Shown: positions 24,549-36,799 of the stretch, piece by piece
Numbering within the stretch: the first letter of the stretch is position 1
Layout of the letters: each line of letters opens with the position of its first letter
Source of the DNA: Octopus sinensis
Lineage: Eukaryota
Assembly: GCF_006345805.1 (NCBI RefSeq)
Contig: NC_042997.1
Span: 193,006,001-193,070,000 of the forward strand
DNA: 64,000 nucleotides
Direction of reading: 5' to 3'
Translations under genes and position numbers: made by a program
Notes under the pieces: model-generated
Databases searched by the model: none
What the model saw: only the letters and a program-made list of their open reading frames with translations
Told to the model about the DNA's origin: nothing

Positions 24549-25030
24549 CCCTTGCTACGACCAGGGGTCAGCTAGCCAAGATTCTCCATTTCCCTCTCTG
24601 CTGTGCTGCATGCATACACCCATCCAGGCTCTTGTTTCCAGTCCATTCTTTGACGTCGGCGTCTACAAATATCTTTGACGACTTTATGTCTTATGTTCTC
24701 TTCTCTTGAATACTTCCTGTCAGGATGGTCTTGGGAAATAACTCGTGGCACAATCTACGTCCAAATATGATGGGTTTATGGACTTGATTTTCGACACTAG
24801 GCATCTTCGAACTTCCATTTTTTCTAGTACTGCAGCGTTTGTTACTTTGTTTTCCAACTTATTCTGTCCAAACTGCGAGACATCTACGTCTCAAAGACAT
24901 CCATTGCTCTGTGCATTGTCCAAGCTCGACACCAAAAATGTAGGTCGTTTATATAATGTGGACTCTACCAAAATGAACAAGATAGCGTTTATGCTTTTTC
25001 TTCCACCGATGTTATCGCAATCCTGACCTT
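24549..25030 (-). pseudogene. Degraded RTE-clade LINE 3' fragment
   Basis: Minus-strand remnants resemble the RTE C-terminus (KTILTG, VKEWTG, ..RGKWRI). Confidence 0.55.
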
Positions 25031-25719
25031 TCCTGTCGTCTGCCTCAAATACTCAGCTTCTTTTATTTCACTGCATCGTGCTGTTTTAATGCTGTTGCTA
25101 TTACCAAAATTTTCCTCGTCTTCCCCTACGTCAATACTTCTCGGCCTTTTGTAACTCAGCCCTCCTTCTTTAACTAGTGTAGGGTGTGCAGTGTGTGCAG
25201 ACCGCACAAATGGGTAATTCTGTACATGCATTTACTGTAGTCGAAGGTATGTTACGTTTAAGGAAGGGTGATCGATTTGGCTTCTTCACGGGACGGCCCT
25301 AAAATCCCAGCCTTTCACCGAAACGATGCTTTACCCCGTCTAAGATTTTTTTAAAGTAGAAATTTATTTTAATCAAACTGCCCAGTAGTTTATTATTCAT
25401 ATTTTTATATACTATTCCATGTAAATCCATAACTGACGGGAGCCTGAGAGCCGTGGGTTAGGGATCCGGATGAGCATTTACCTATTTAACGCGGTAGTTT
25501 GACAAAATCATTAGAACATCTGACAAAAAATGCTTCATAGTATTAGTTACAAATCTTACAAATCCTACCGATGTTGTTCTTATAACTGTTTCCTACCCGC
25601 TGAAATCAATACCAGTGATTATTCGTTGACAGATACATCTGGTAACAGAAAGATCAAACAAAGCAATAGTCTATTTACATGTCCTAGTATATAGGATAAA
25701 AAGATAATAGTAATAATGG

Positions 25720-26000
25720 TCTAGTGGTTAGGGCAACGGATAACCGGTCGAAAGATCGCGGTTTCGATTCCCGGACCGGGCGTTGTGTGTGTGTTTATTG
25801 AGCAAAAACACCTAAAAGCTCCACGATGCTCCGGAAGGGGGTGGTAGTGACCCCTGTTGTACTCTTTCGCCACAACTTTCTCTCACTCTCTCTTCCTATT
25901 TCTTGAGTAACGCTGCGATGGACTGGCGTCCCCTCCAGCTGGGGGGAACACATACGCCACAGAAACCGGGAAACCGGGCCCATGAGCCTAGCTAGGCTTG
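25720..26000 (+). mobile_element. Family C SINE
   Basis: ATGGTCTAGTGGTTAGGGCA..GGTTTCGATTCCCGGACCGGGCG head. Confidence 0.8.
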
Positions 26001-26224
26001 ATAAGAGCGACGTTTATCGTTTTTAATACAAATCAAGTAATGTTGATGAAGTATATTCTCCGAAACGTTAGGCTACTTCTTCCTCGCGGCTCTATTTGAA
26101 TTATTTGTATTACTTTTTTGTCCGCTAGTTCACTGTATTACCGTACAATATCATAGAGACTAGTGATTGTCCACCTTTTGTACTTCAGCGCTATTTTCTT
26201 TCAAATCATTCTCCAAAAGAACGT

Positions 26225-26630
26225 TACTCTCTCTCTTTACTCTTTTACTTGTTTCAGTCATTTGACTGTGGCCATGCTGGAGCACCGCCTTTAGTCGAGC
26301 AAATCGACCCCAGGACTTATTCTTTGGAAGCCTAGTACTTATTCAATCGGTCTCTTTTACCGAACCGTTAAGTAACGGGGACGTAAACACACCAGCATCG
26401 GTTGTCAAGCGATGTTGGGGGGACAAATACAGACACACAAAGATTTACACACTCACATATATATATACATATATACGACGGGCTTCTTTCAGTTTCCGTC
26501 TATCAAATCCACTCACAAGGCTTTCGTCGGCCCGAAGCTATAGTAAAAGACACTTGCCCAAGGTGCCATGCAGTGGGACTGAACCCGGAACCATGTGGCT
26601 GGTAAGCAAGCTACTTACCATACACAGCCA
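26225..26630 (-). mobile_element. Family B SINE ending ~70 bp upstream of Ly6 exon 2
   Basis: Matches the reverse complement of family B. Confidence 0.9.
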
Positions 26631-26700
26631 CCTGACCAGGTTAAGACAAAACCTCACTGATATAAATTAACATAAAATTTAAATTTTTTTAAAATTTCAG

Positions 26701-26973
26701 CGCCAGCGGTATGGAGTGGTTATGGAAGTTCAGGTCATAAAGGTGGCGGCGGTGGTGGCGGCAGCGGTGGCGGCGGCGGTGGCGGTGGCGGCGGTGGTAG
26801 TTGGTCAGGTGGTGGAGGAGGAAACAATCTCAAGTGTTACGACTGCCACAGTGGTTCCGCAAGTTATACTTACAAAGATTGTCCGGTCAATGGAAATTTG
26901 AACGGCCAGAACTTAGCAACTATCAACTGCGATGGTTTGTGTTTCTCAAGAACGAGCAAATGGGAGAAAGGTG
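26701..26973 (+). CDS. Gly-rich Ly6/three-finger protein, exon 2
   Basis: Acceptor TTTCAG|, donor |GTAAGT, 273 nt, phase 1-1. Encodes (A)PAVWSGYGSSGHKGGGG..SWSGGGGGNNLKCYDCHSGSASYTYKDCPVNGNLNGQNLATINCDGLCFSRTSKWEKG. Confidence 0.92.
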
Positions 26974-27044
26974 GTAAGTACATTTGAATTGAATATTTTG
27001 GCATTATCTCCCCTGGGAAAAAATGTGCATATACACACATTCAC

Positions 27045-27370
27045 ATGATCTCTCACTCTCTCTCTCTTTCTTTCTCTCTCTCTCTCTCTCTCCCTTTCTC
27101 TCTCTCCCTTTTCTCTCTCTCCCTTTTTCTCTCTCTCCTCTCCTCTCTCTCCCTCCCTACCTCCCTCACCCCGTCTCTCCCTTTCTCTCTCTCCTCCTCT
27201 CCCCTCTCTCGCCCTTTCTTTCTCTCCTATCTCTCTCTCTCCCCTTTCTCCCTCTCTTACTCACGTGCACAAACGCGCACATTCACACATGCACACACAT
27301 TCTCTCTCATTCGATGTCACTCTTCCCCCTCTCTCTCACACACATTTTTTCTCACTCTCTGTCTCTCTCT
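27045..27370. repeat. CT-rich low-complexity tract
   Basis: Direct reading. Confidence 0.9.
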
Positions 27371-27494
27371 TTAAAATTCAGTCTTAACTTTATCTAGAAG
27401 AGATTGTCTCCTCTACGATAGCTGACCACCAGGAGCATACCACACGTAAATATCACTGTACTTCTCCCGTAAAATTAAATACTGTGTGCCTCTT

Positions 27495-27718
27495 TATTTA
27501 CTCTTTTACTTGTTTCAGTCATTTGACTGTGGCCATGCTAGGGCACCGCCCTTAGTCGAGCAAATCGACCCCAGGACTTATTCTTTGTAAGCCCAGTACT
27601 TATTCTATCGGTCGATTTTGCCGAACCGCTAAGTTACGGGGGGCGTAAACACATCGGCATCGGTTGTCAAGCGATGTTGGGAGGACAAACACAGACACAA
27701 ATACATACATACATACAT

Positions 27719-27811
<93 letters not shown>

Positions 27812-27980
27812 TATATATATGTACGACGGGCTTCTTTCAGTTTCCGTCTACCAAATCCACTCACAAGGCTTTGGTCGACCCAAGTCTATAGTAGAAGACA
27901 CTTGTCCAAGGTGCACGCAGTGGGACTGAACCCAGAACAATGCAGTTCGTAAGCAAGCTACTTACCACACAGCCACTCCT
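27495..27980 (-). mobile_element. Family B SINE
   Basis: Matches the reverse complement of family B; expanded internal (CATA)/(TA) tract. Confidence 0.9.
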
Positions 27981-29390
27981 ATTTATTCATTCATTTTTTC
28001 CTTCATCCTCAGTTATCAGAACTTCAATTTTTCTCTGTTTTTTTCTTGTATGGAAGTGCTATAGTGATGGTGATGATGACGATGATGATAATGCATTCTA
28101 CAATGGATTTTCACATTGCAACTTAAAGATTCATACACAGTAGCCATTCTATTACCTTCAAGGGATAGTTGTGGTTGCTTAGCTCCAAGTTACCCTTTAT
28201 TTGGCGGACCTATGATCAAAAATTTTCTTCTACAACTACCCTATTTTCTTTAGGCCATAGCATCTAACATGTGTATTTTTTCTTTTTTTTTCTTTAAGAC
28301 AGTAGATTGTAATTTGAGGGAGATATGGTTTCCATTTCTAGTATGTCTAGTGCCCAGATAGAAGCCTCCTTATTACTTGTCTGACTAAGCGGCTTTTATG
28401 AAGATGGTATTATTCATAGTTTTTTTCAAAAACGTTTAATTCATACACCTCGAGTTATATCATGCTGACGATTACTAAAAAGAATGAAATAGTATTAGAT
28501 CTGATTACTAATGACTAGAAATTTTTAGAACTTTGTAATAAGTAAACAAGAAAAGTAAATATGCATCTTTTTCGTTGTTATTCCTTAATTTCAAATTCAA
28601 AATCTTAATCTTGTCAAATGTTATGAAGAAATGATTATCTCCCTTATTCTAACTGTCCGCTCGAGAACTCCGCGTATTTAATCCAATACGTTTCGTTATT
28701 GAAACTCAAATGATTATTATAGAGACAATTGTTGTTGTTCAATCCAAGGTCAGCGCTGATCGAGCAAACCCACGATCAAAGTCATTATAGCAATGACAAT
28801 TCTATGCGTTTTCTTTTTAAGTCGTAGTATATTTAGGATCATTCTTTTAACGTATCCTTTTGTTTTAAGTGGATACAGTGTATTTTGAAAGAAATTTGGC
28901 TACTATTTCTCGAATGACGAGCGACCGCATAAAGACTCGCTCATTAGCTCATTAAAAAAATTGACTGAGCTGACCTAAGATCTATAGGCATTTCATTCGT
29001 GACCATCCCGTCTTTTTAAGGTTACTTATGCCTAAATTAACCAATGTATCCTTTCAATTTTTAGAGACAACAGGGTGTGATTTGAAGGAGACATAACTGC
29101 TTATTATTGGCAGAGTGACTATTTAGAGGCTCTTCGTGATCCTGTCCGTGTTACGATAATAGCGTTTTTCATTGATCAGTTTTCAATCGAAATCCATAGA
29201 TTTTTACTTCATTGCTTTTTTTTCGTTTTTGTTCTTTCCTTCTTTGTCTAAGTCAGTTATAATCCCCTTCATATCTGGATGCTATATGGGAATGCAATAA
29301 GAATACTTCTGATTTAGTTATCACTGGTGGCGATTTTATAGAGTTGGAAGATGGATGCAAGAACAAGTAGTTTGCGTGAATATATAAATA

Positions 29391-29955
29391 TTGGGTTGTC
29401 TGGAAAGGTCGTGCCGATTTATAAAGGAAAGAAAAAGGTCAATAATACTTGCCATTACATTTTTAATCAACCAAATATGAACCATTTTGTTGCACAATGT
29501 GTCTCCATCTTTCCTTTAACTTGAAAATACCCTCTTCCCAGAATTGAGGTGGTTTCATAGCAAACAATTCATCAAGGTATCTTTTTACGTCATCCAAGGA
29601 ATTGAAATTTTTACCATTAAGACTATTCTGCAGAGACCTGAATAAGTGGAAATCTGAAGGAGTAATATCTGGTGAATATGGATGGTGGGGTAACACATCC
29701 CAACCGTGCTGCAGCAATTTTTGTCTGGTTCCCAAAGCATCAAGTGCCGAAAATGAACTTTCTTATCTTCCATTTTAAAGGGTTACAGAATTAACACAGG
29801 TTATGGGAACATAAATCTTCTTCCACGAAAAGATAGCTTAAACTGTGCTCTAAATGGAGGTGTAGTCAAATCCTATTTTATGGACTCGACCATGTTCTAA
29901 AATAAGTCGAAATGTAAGCTGCTATAAATCGGCACGAACTTTCCGGACAACCCAA
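29391..29955 (-). mobile_element. Internally deleted mariner element
   Basis: TIRs TTGGGTTGTCTGGAAAGGTCGTGCCGATTTATA / TATAAATCGGCACGAACTTTCCGGACAACCCAA; TA TSDs. Transposase N-terminus MEDKKVHFRHLML joined out of frame to the C-terminus carrying HPYSPDITPSDFHLF. Confidence 0.93.
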
Positions 29956-30676
29956 TACAAATATGGTTATTTATCGTTAAACAAAACAATGTGACGTCGT
30001 TACGACCAATGACTAGATAGAAATGTTTGCAGCAGATAAATAGTTCAACTGTTTGTGAGGATGTTGCTGTCTAGAGAATCACAGTAGTTGTGAGAGTCAT
30101 TTGTATAAGGTTAAGACGTGTGCCACCACTGGCAGCTAGCGGACAGCGAATTCTATTTATAGATAATGTTTCTGTCAAGGGAAAAAGGTGCCGAAAACAA
30201 AATTTTAATGACATCCCCCTTCTAGTCGAGATCCAAATGATCGGTTCTTTGCTGGCGTCATCAATAATTGAGCGAATCACGATCATTGCGATACAGTGAT
30301 TTTGTACCAGAGATTTGATCGGACAGATGTTTGCTGATGTCATCAAGCTCTAACAAAGTCCTGACCGTTCTAATACAGCGATCTGGATTCAATTTGTTGG
30401 TAGTGAATTAGTGTTTAGGACACTACTACAGGAATATTAAATCGCTCCCCAGAATTTTACTGCTACTTTTTTTTAGCGTTCCGTTCAGGATAAATGAGAG
30501 ACAAAGATGACATCAGTCGGTTTTGAACTCAGAACATAAAAAACCGTAAATAAACACCGCAGGTATTTTTTCCCAAGTTCTTACCATTCTGACTATCTAC
30601 CGACTGATATTTTAAAAATCTTTTCTCTCCACAATTTCTTTTATTTTATCATCCAGTTCATTCATTTTCTTTTCAG

Positions 30677-31371
30677 TTATCTACAGGGGATGTTCATCAG
30701 CTTTCCCCAACTTACCAAGTAACCTGAAACCTGGATGTATCGATTTTAAAGGTGAATCGTGGTGCATGTGTTCGAACGATCTTTGCAACACTGATGACAT
30801 GGGCAGCTACATACATGGTGGCGGCGGCGGAGGTGGAAGTGGCGGAGGCTCATGGGGCGGTGGTGGCGGTAAAGGTGGTAATGGTGGAGGAGGAAAAGGT
30901 GGAAATAATGGAGGTGGATCGTGGGGTGGTGGTGGTGATGGATCGTGGGGAGGTGGTGGATCGTGGGGTGGTGGTAGTGGTGGATCATGGGGTGGTAACG
31001 GAGGTGGTGGCAGTGGGTCAAAGGGTAGTCACGGAGGCGGTGGAAGTGGATCGTGGGGCGGAAACGGAGGTGGAGGAAGTGGGTCAAAGGGTGGTCATGG
31101 AGGCGGTGGATCGTGGGGTGGTGGCAGTGGGTCAAAGGGTAGTCACGGGGGCGGTGGAAGTGGATCTTGGGGTGGTAACGGAGGTGGTGATAGCGGATCA
31201 TGGGGTGGCGGAGGAAAAGGTGGAAATGGAGGAGGTGGCTCGTGGGGAGGTAGCGGTTCATGGGGTGGTGGAGGCAGCGGAAGCGGTGGAAGTAGTGGAG
31301 GCGGTGGAAGTAGTGGAGGCGGCGGAAGTAGTGGAGGCGGCGGAAGCATTGGTGGAAGTTACGGACGTTAA
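30677..31371 (+). CDS. Gly-rich Ly6/three-finger protein, exon 3
   Basis: Acceptor TTTTCTTTTCAG|; in frame with ORF 30766..31371. Encodes (V)IYRGCSSAFPNLPSNLKPGCIDFKGESWCMCSNDLCN, then Gly/Ser/Trp repeats to ..GGSYGR stop. Confidence 0.93.
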
Positions 31372-31483
31372 CGAAGATGACGTAAGCCATAACACGCCTT
31401 CAATCTCAAAGACTTCAGGAACTGTCTTCAGCTTTCTTCAATATTTTCTGCCTGAGAAACTCTTCTCTGGTCTTTCATCTGTT

Positions 31484-31489
31484 AATAAA
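31484..31489 (+). promoter_or_regulatory. Polyadenylation signal
   Basis: AATAAA ~113 nt after the stop codon at 31371. Confidence 0.6.
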
Positions 31490-31576
31490 ATTTCAAACTG
31501 ACTCCTGGTATCCTGTTTATCTTTACTCTTCTTATTCTTTTTGTTATATATCAATACACACACACACACACACACT

Positions 31577-31788
31577 CGCGGGGGTTGCTGAAAAGTTCCT
31601 GGGTTTGGGTAAAAGAAAGTACAGGAGGATCAGTCAATTATGAATTTATTCAACATGTTCCCCGTCAGATTCACACACTTGTTGCAGCAGTCTTTCTAAA
31701 TCCTGTGAAAGAACTCGGAAGGTTGGGCCACCGACTAGGCCTTTTGCGATATTCTTAAAGCCAGGAACTTTTCAATATTCCCTCGTAT
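31577..31788. mobile_element. Mariner-derived MITE
   Basis: Imperfect TIRs GGGGTTGCTGAAAAGTTCCTGGGTTT / AAAGCCAGGAACTTTTCAATATTCCCTCGTA. Confidence 0.7.
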
Positions 31789-31803
31789 CTATCTATCTAT
31801 CTA

Positions 31804-31840
<37 letters not shown>

Positions 31841-31887
31841 CTATATTATTATATATATATATATATATATTACACACATATATACAT

Positions 31888-31926
<39 letters not shown>

Positions 31927-31939
31927 CATACATACTACA

Positions 31940-31980
<41 letters not shown>

Positions 31981-32003
<23 letters not shown>

Positions 32004-34441
32004 ACATTGTGTACAGTGCTCAGGTGCACTACAACTCATCGAAAGTGTATATATAATCAGTTGTAGTTTCGACGGATTTCGGAAAGCATGAGGGCCTTAA
32101 AGGATGCAGTGTCATGGCAGTCAACAACTGACGCAGGCAGTTTATTCCATGCTTCAGCAACTCTGAGCGTGAAAAAATGTTTCCGAAAGTCATGGGAGCT
32201 GTGTTGTTTTCTGACTTTGTAGGCATGTCCACGTGTGTTAGACACATGGAGATCAAAAAGGTGTTCAGTGTTGTTATTGGTGAGGGGGTTGACAACTTTG
32301 TGGGTGTTTACCAAGTCCGTCGCCAGACGCCGGAGCTTCAGTGAATCATGCCCAGGGAAACAAGGCGCTCAGAATATGGTAGGTGTCTGATGGAGGGTAT
32401 GCGTTTGGTTGCACGTCTCTGAACAGATTCCAGGAGGTCAATGTTCTGAGCAAGATAGGGGTTCCAAACTGATGATGCGAATTCCAATGTGGTCGTACCA
32501 TAGCTGTATACAGTTTTAAATAGATGGCTGGAGAGCGGCTAACAAAAGTCTTGCTGAGTGATGCCAAGACACCCTCGGCCTTCTTGACAATTTTAGAGAT
32601 ATGCTTTGTCCAACGCAAATCACTGCTGACAGTGATGCCTAGGTCACGCTCGCAAAAGGATTTCCTGATATCAGTGTTGTGGAGGGAGTATGTGGACGCA
32701 GGGTTTTTTCTCCCAAAATGCATGGTGGTACACTTGTCCACAGCCAGTTTCAGTTGCCAGTCTGTGATCCATTGCTGCATTGTGTCCAGGTCTGATTGCA
32801 GGAAAGAGCTGTAGACAACAGGATCTGTCCTCTTGATTTCAAGGTACAGCTTGATGTCGTCTGCATATTTTAATACTGTGGCATTCTTTAAATTTGCATC
32901 TATGTCATTAATGTATGCCACAAACAAGAGGGGACCAAGGACAGATCCCTGTGGTACACCCGATGACATCTCATATGGTGTAGAATGCTGTCCTAGAACT
33001 GTGACTACCTCCTTTCGGTTGAGAATGAAGGATTTCAACCAGTTAAAAAGGTCATCCCTCACACCCATTGCAGAGAGTTTCACCATAAGCCTTTTGTGTG
33101 GCACAGAGTTGAAAGCCTTAGCAAAGTCAAGGTAGACAACATCCACCCATGAGCCACTGTCAGTGATCTGAGTAATGTCCTCAAGAACTCGACAAGCTGA
33201 TCACTGCAGCTGGAGTTAGGGACAAATCCATATTGTGAGGGTCGGATGAGACTGTGTGAGCTCCAGAAGTTCCAAAGTGTTTCTCTGACACACGATTCCA
33301 TCAGTTTTGCAATGCAGCTAGTGAGACTGACTGGGCGATAATTGACAGGTGATGTGCGGTCGCCCTTCTTGAACAGAGGAATGACACTGGCAGTTTTCCA
33401 CTGTTCCGGAGTAGCACCATTGTTGAGACAGTACTGGAAGAAAGTAGAGAGTTGGTGTAAAGGAAGTACCTGCCACGTTTGAGAAGCAGGTATGTAACTC
33501 CATCAAGACCAGGGGAGGCATAGTTGCGCTTATTTTGAAGGTGACGTCGCAGCATTGCAGGTGTAAATTCCATAGTTGTTATGGAATTTGCTGTTAGAGA
33601 TGGTGAAGATGGTACATTTTGACTTTCAACAGTGAATATGTTTGCATAGCACTCGGCAATGAGTTCTGCGCATTCCTTGGGGTCGTCAGTGATCTGGTTT
33701 GTGTGAGGGTTGCGAAGAGGGCCCACTGGAGAGTGAGGTCTCTGCTTCGAATGCACATATTTCCAGAAAACCTTGCTGTCAGGATTGGCTGCTATGCACT
33801 GTTCAAATTCAAGCACTGCTTTTTTTGTCACTTGCTTGAGATGGTTGGAAGATTTATTCCGCTTCTTCCTGTTGGTGTCTGATTTATGCAACTTGTATTC
33901 CTGTTCAGCAGTTCGACGTTCCTTCCTGGCAAGTCGGACCGCTGAAGTTTCCCAAATTGCACTTTTGGGGCGGTTCTTCTTTTTCTGTTTACATGGCACT
34001 GATGCTGCACATGCTGCCCATATTGAGTCCAGGATACCCTGGAGTATAGTATTCACATCTCCAGAGTTGTAGAATTCACGCCAGTTTGGGTGCTGTAGTT
34101 CAGTGTGGTACAGGTTCCAATCTGCTCTCTTCCAATCGAAGGAAGCAGTTTGGAGATGGTTCAGGTTTTTGTTGCCCGCAAGAGCCAGATTGGCGATGAT
34201 CATAGCATGATCAGAGTCACCTAGAGGTTCCTCCGTAGTGCAATTGATAACCGCTTCAGGAGTCGTGGTGAAGAGCAGGTCCAAGGTGTTGTCGCCTCTT
34301 GGAGAGGTGACTACTTGTGACCAGTTTGAGTCCAGTACAAGCTCAACAAAATCGTTTGCACTCTGTGGCCAATGGAAGGTTTCCCAATTGATTTCAGGAT
34401 GATTGAAATCGCCTGCAATGAAAACATAAGTGGCTGTTTTC
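31981..34441 (-). mobile_element. CR1-clade LINE, 5'-truncated ORF2 (EN end + RT) with frameshifts and (ATT)n tail
   Basis: Motifs IAGDFN, TLDLLFT, SDH, VYLDFAKAF, GVPQGSVLGPLLF, YADD, TRGH..K. Split across ORFs 33301..34284, 33080..33301, 32346..33146 and 32057..32314. Confidence 0.95.
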
Positions 34442-35802
34442 CTAGCTGGTGTACCCGGTAATTCCCGGGGGTAAAGATGTTCTATTTAAATGCCTCATTT
34501 AAACGCCTTATTACTCTGATATACAAATGCAATTTCGTTACAACTGCCACAAAAAGTGTATTTTCCGTCACGAAAAAGTACAAGAAACTGTCAGCTGGAG
34601 GAGGGAGAGATTGTCGGAGGTTGGCGAGAGAGAATTTCGGAGGTTGACAAGAGAGACTGTCGGAGGTTGGCGAGAGAGATTGTTGGAGATTGTCGAGAGA
34701 GCTTTTCAGAGGTTGTCAGAGATTGTTGGAGATTGTCGAGAGAGGTTGGCGGGAGAGGTTGTCGGAGATTGGTGAGAGAAGTTGTCGGAGGTTGGCAAGA
34801 GAGGTTGTCGGAGTGAGAGGAATCTTTGTTCCAATATTTCAGTCTTGCAGCGCTTCGTGATACACAACGTTTTTGGTTTTGCCGTTGGGTATATAGATGA
34901 ATAAATTTTCCGGATTTCAAACGCTAGAGCATCCGACATAGAATCTGTCCGTGAGAAAAAGCAGGATTGGGACACACCTATTAAATACGTTCTAGAATCA
35001 AAATTTATCTACTGTCATCGAAAATGTTTAACTGGAAAAATGCAGAATTATCGGAGTTATTGGCATTCAAAGTGTAATTAAATTTAATTGAAAACCCTGC
35101 ATGCATTGCCAGTATTTAGTTATTTGGAGATGTTGAAAAAATGTCTATTAATGCAATGTCTAAATTAATTATAGCAATATGTATATAACTGTTTAGATAT
35201 TGAAAAAGACGAAGAATAATTGTTTGATTTAGTAAATATCAAATATAATGAATCGGAGACTTACTTAAGATAGCTATTATCGCATTAGAGCAGCTTATGA
35301 AGTAGAAGTACCCACTCGTACTCTTACTCGTCGTGACATTTTAAATGTTAACTTTATCAAAGTTAATTTATTAAAGCTAATATATAAATATAGCATATAT
35401 AAACGAAAAAAAAATATATCTATGTATATAAATGTATGAATGAAGTCTTTAATATTTAAGATTCAAAACTTTGAGTAGTGAAATGCAGAATTAGGTCCGC
35501 TGATCGTGAGAATCAAATATTGATCGCTTCGCTAAAAACTGACAAGTGCAGGTGCTTTGGTTTATTTCCCTTGGGTGTTTAACTAAAATATATTAGTTAT
35601 ATATAGTAGATATAAGGATCCCTTCCAGGGGCCCTATTATCAATTTTTTTCAACAATCTAAGTATCTCACGGTGTTTCCAGACATGAGTTCTCCTCAAGT
35701 GTCAAGTTTCATCAAAATCGATAAAACTATGTAGGAGGAATTAGCTAACAGCTCCACAAAACAAACATACCCACAGACAGAATTTCCTACATATATAGTA
35801 GA
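34442..35802 (-). mobile_element. Non-autonomous Helitron (family H2) with internal ~21-bp minisatellite
   Basis: Minus 5' end A|TCTACTATATATG at 35802; 3' end CCCG-GGAATTAC-CGGG hairpin then CTAG at 34442-45; GAGAGATTGTCGGAGGTTGGC-like repeats at ~34605-34812. Confidence 0.75.
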
Positions 35803-35819
35803 TACATATTAAAAATGGG

Positions 35820-36330
35820 GAAGGCCGCTTTAGGTTTCCATCCATAAAAGGTATAGCTTTATGGCGTATTGTCAGATCTCAATAACCTATTGATCCATGA
35901 CCTCTCAAAAATATGGAGGGGGAAATGCCTCACTACTCAAAGGTAACAGTTGGGGATTATCTTCCTTTGCTACTGGCTATCGACTTCCGGTTGTGCCCTC
36001 GTCTTGTAGGCTCCCAAAAGCTAGCAGGAACCTCATAAAATGTAAACATGGCCCGAAAATCTCCGTTCTGGAGTTAAGGATGTTCCCTGGTTCGAGTGAG
36101 TCTTTTAGGATTCTCGCGCGTTCAGCTATGCATAACTTGCAACGCTTCGCCCCGATGATGTAGGGGCCTGCGTTTTCGCGGATTTTCCATGAGATCGAGT
36201 ATGGAATTCCATCGTCTCTTACTTGCCAGACGTGGCTGGCCAGTGACGTTACGTATCTCCTTTCAGAACTCTGAAGGAGGACCTGTAATTGGAGAGACAT
36301 TGCTTGAAAGAGTTCCCGGAACATCCAATG
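35820..36330 (-). mobile_element. Penelope-like element 3' fragment (GIY-YIG endonuclease C-terminus and terminal region)
   Basis: ORF 35977..36324: TSLASHVWQVRD..YSISWKI..Y..GAKRCKLCIAE..ILNSRTEIFGPCLH, the typical PLE endonuclease C-terminal pattern. Confidence 0.85.
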
Positions 36331-36799
36331 TATTAGTGGGCGTGTGCTGTTGGTGCTGTATCTGCTGATATTAATGTTGTTGGAGCTGAGACTGCTGGTG
36401 TTGGCGTCACTGGAAGTGGTGATAGGCCATCAGTAATGGTATCGCCACTGCCGGTTATGGTGAAGGCGCTGTTATTATTGTGATCTTCGTCATTGGTGGG
36501 AGAGTTGCCATTGCTGCTAGAGGTGTCATTAGCTGTGGTTCCGCTGATGTCTCTGTTAAGTCCACTGTCGCTGCAGCTGCTGTTGCCATTATTGTCGTTA
36601 TTTTTGACGGTTGCACTGGACCTATTGCTGCTGCTACAAGGGTTGTCAGGTCTGCTGCTGTGGACGTTAGGGGAGCATATTTGTAAAGCAAATATATTAA
36701 CCACAGAGCCATGCCTCTTGCTTATTAGTGGTGCCTAATGTACTGAGATAAGTTTTAAATTAGCTCATTTTCATTACGATAAATTTAATAGCTTCAAAT

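Noticed and set aside
30746-31501. His-rich, Pro-rich and Val/Glu-rich ORFs overlapping the Gly-rich exon
   Set aside because: Shadow frames of GGN-rich codons; only the Gly frame is continuous with spliced Cys-domain exons.
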